DNA of 64,000 bases, from the NCBI GenBank assembly GCA_965235115.1, contig OZ249436.1, positions 47,928,001-47,992,000 on the forward strand. The letters run 5' to 3'. Numbering within the stretch: the stretch's first letter is position 1; the number at the start of each line of letters is the position of its first letter. The stretch comes from Laetmonice hystrix. Lineage: Eukaryota. The position numbers and the translations under genes were made by a program. Positions 63,131 to 64,000 of the stretch are shown in pieces. The notes below the pieces were generated by a model that was given only the letters and a program-made list of their open reading frames with translations, was not told where the DNA came from and did no database searches.

Positions 63131-64000
63131 ACTGTTGAAAAAACGTATCTTATGTCGATCTGAGGTCATTTTTATTAAAGGGGCATTTCGTAAAACAAAC
63201 AAAAGGCAATGATGACACTACAGAGGACCTATACATTAAAGGTTCCAACGACTGGGGGGGGGGGGGCAACTGCCTCCTAGGATTTCCAGTTAAAAAAATT
63301 ATTATCGGGCCTATAGATCCCCAATATTGACCCTGATATTAACACCTGGGGTACGTTTCACTGTGAGGATGGACAGGACATACATCTTTTAGACAAATTC
63401 ATCGTCAGGCATCTCACCTGACCTGTTTGAACTTTCTCTTCTCTCCGTGGAAGGATCTACTGACCATAACCCCGCCACGCCGCCACCCACAATTCAACAT
63501 ACTTTAAAGGAACTCCTTTCATTTTCAACCGTTTGGCTAATTCTATTGGGCAATAAATGGACACGAGTGATTGTTTTCTATTGACCTTCCGTGTGAAGTC
63601 CAGTTTTACCGTGGCCAGCGCGAGTCTGAGGTGTTCAGCTGGGGCAAGCTATAATAAAAACACCTTCTAAAAGCATTGTCTTCTGCCGGTCTGCAAGAGA
63701 TCGATTAAAAAATATGGCATTTCGTAACAAAAAGTTAGGTGATCCTTTCTTTCATGTGATTTAGTAGGGCTGAAACGATACACTTGTGCCACAATACGAT
63801 ACGTATCAAGATACAACAAACGATACGATATATCTCACGATAGTTTTCAAGTTATACTTGATTTATGCTTAGACTGCCACAGAGAAGCGTGGGTCAAAAT
63901 ACTCTGTAATGTATTGTGAGCTATTCCAGCGACCGATTGCACCTGAGATGGTCACAGAGGAATCAAGTTCTGGGACTAGAGTGTCTCAGGACACTTTTTA

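Overview
Eukaryotic, repeat-rich genomic DNA, probably from an invertebrate (inferred from GT-AG introns, minisatellites, MITEs and SINE-like fragments). No prokaryotic genes, rRNA or CRISPR were seen. The centrepiece is a ~14.55 kb element (37553-52101) bounded by 30-bp imperfect terminal inverted repeats and inserted in a (TG)n microsatellite, with a GTATGT direct repeat at both junctions. It carries one apparently intact spliced gene (39028-49456, ~1,480 aa by manual splicing). The protein joins an N-terminal PR-Set7/SETD8-like SET lysine methyltransferase domain, repeat-rich linkers, zinc-finger-like motifs, a tyrosine-recombinase catalytic domain and a C-terminal Myb/SANT-like domain. Its introns and 3' region contain 31-bp-period arrays of the motif found in its own termini (TGTCCTCACTTT). 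This reads as an autonomous Crypton-like, microsatellite-targeting transposon carrying its own chromatin enzyme. Two near-identical 2.07 kb CAC-ended non-autonomous elements with 5-bp TSDs (Transib-like) flank it in opposite orientation, and a Helentron/DINE-1-like element lies directly to its left. The rest is MITEs and tandem repeats; most other long ORFs in the track are repeat artefacts.
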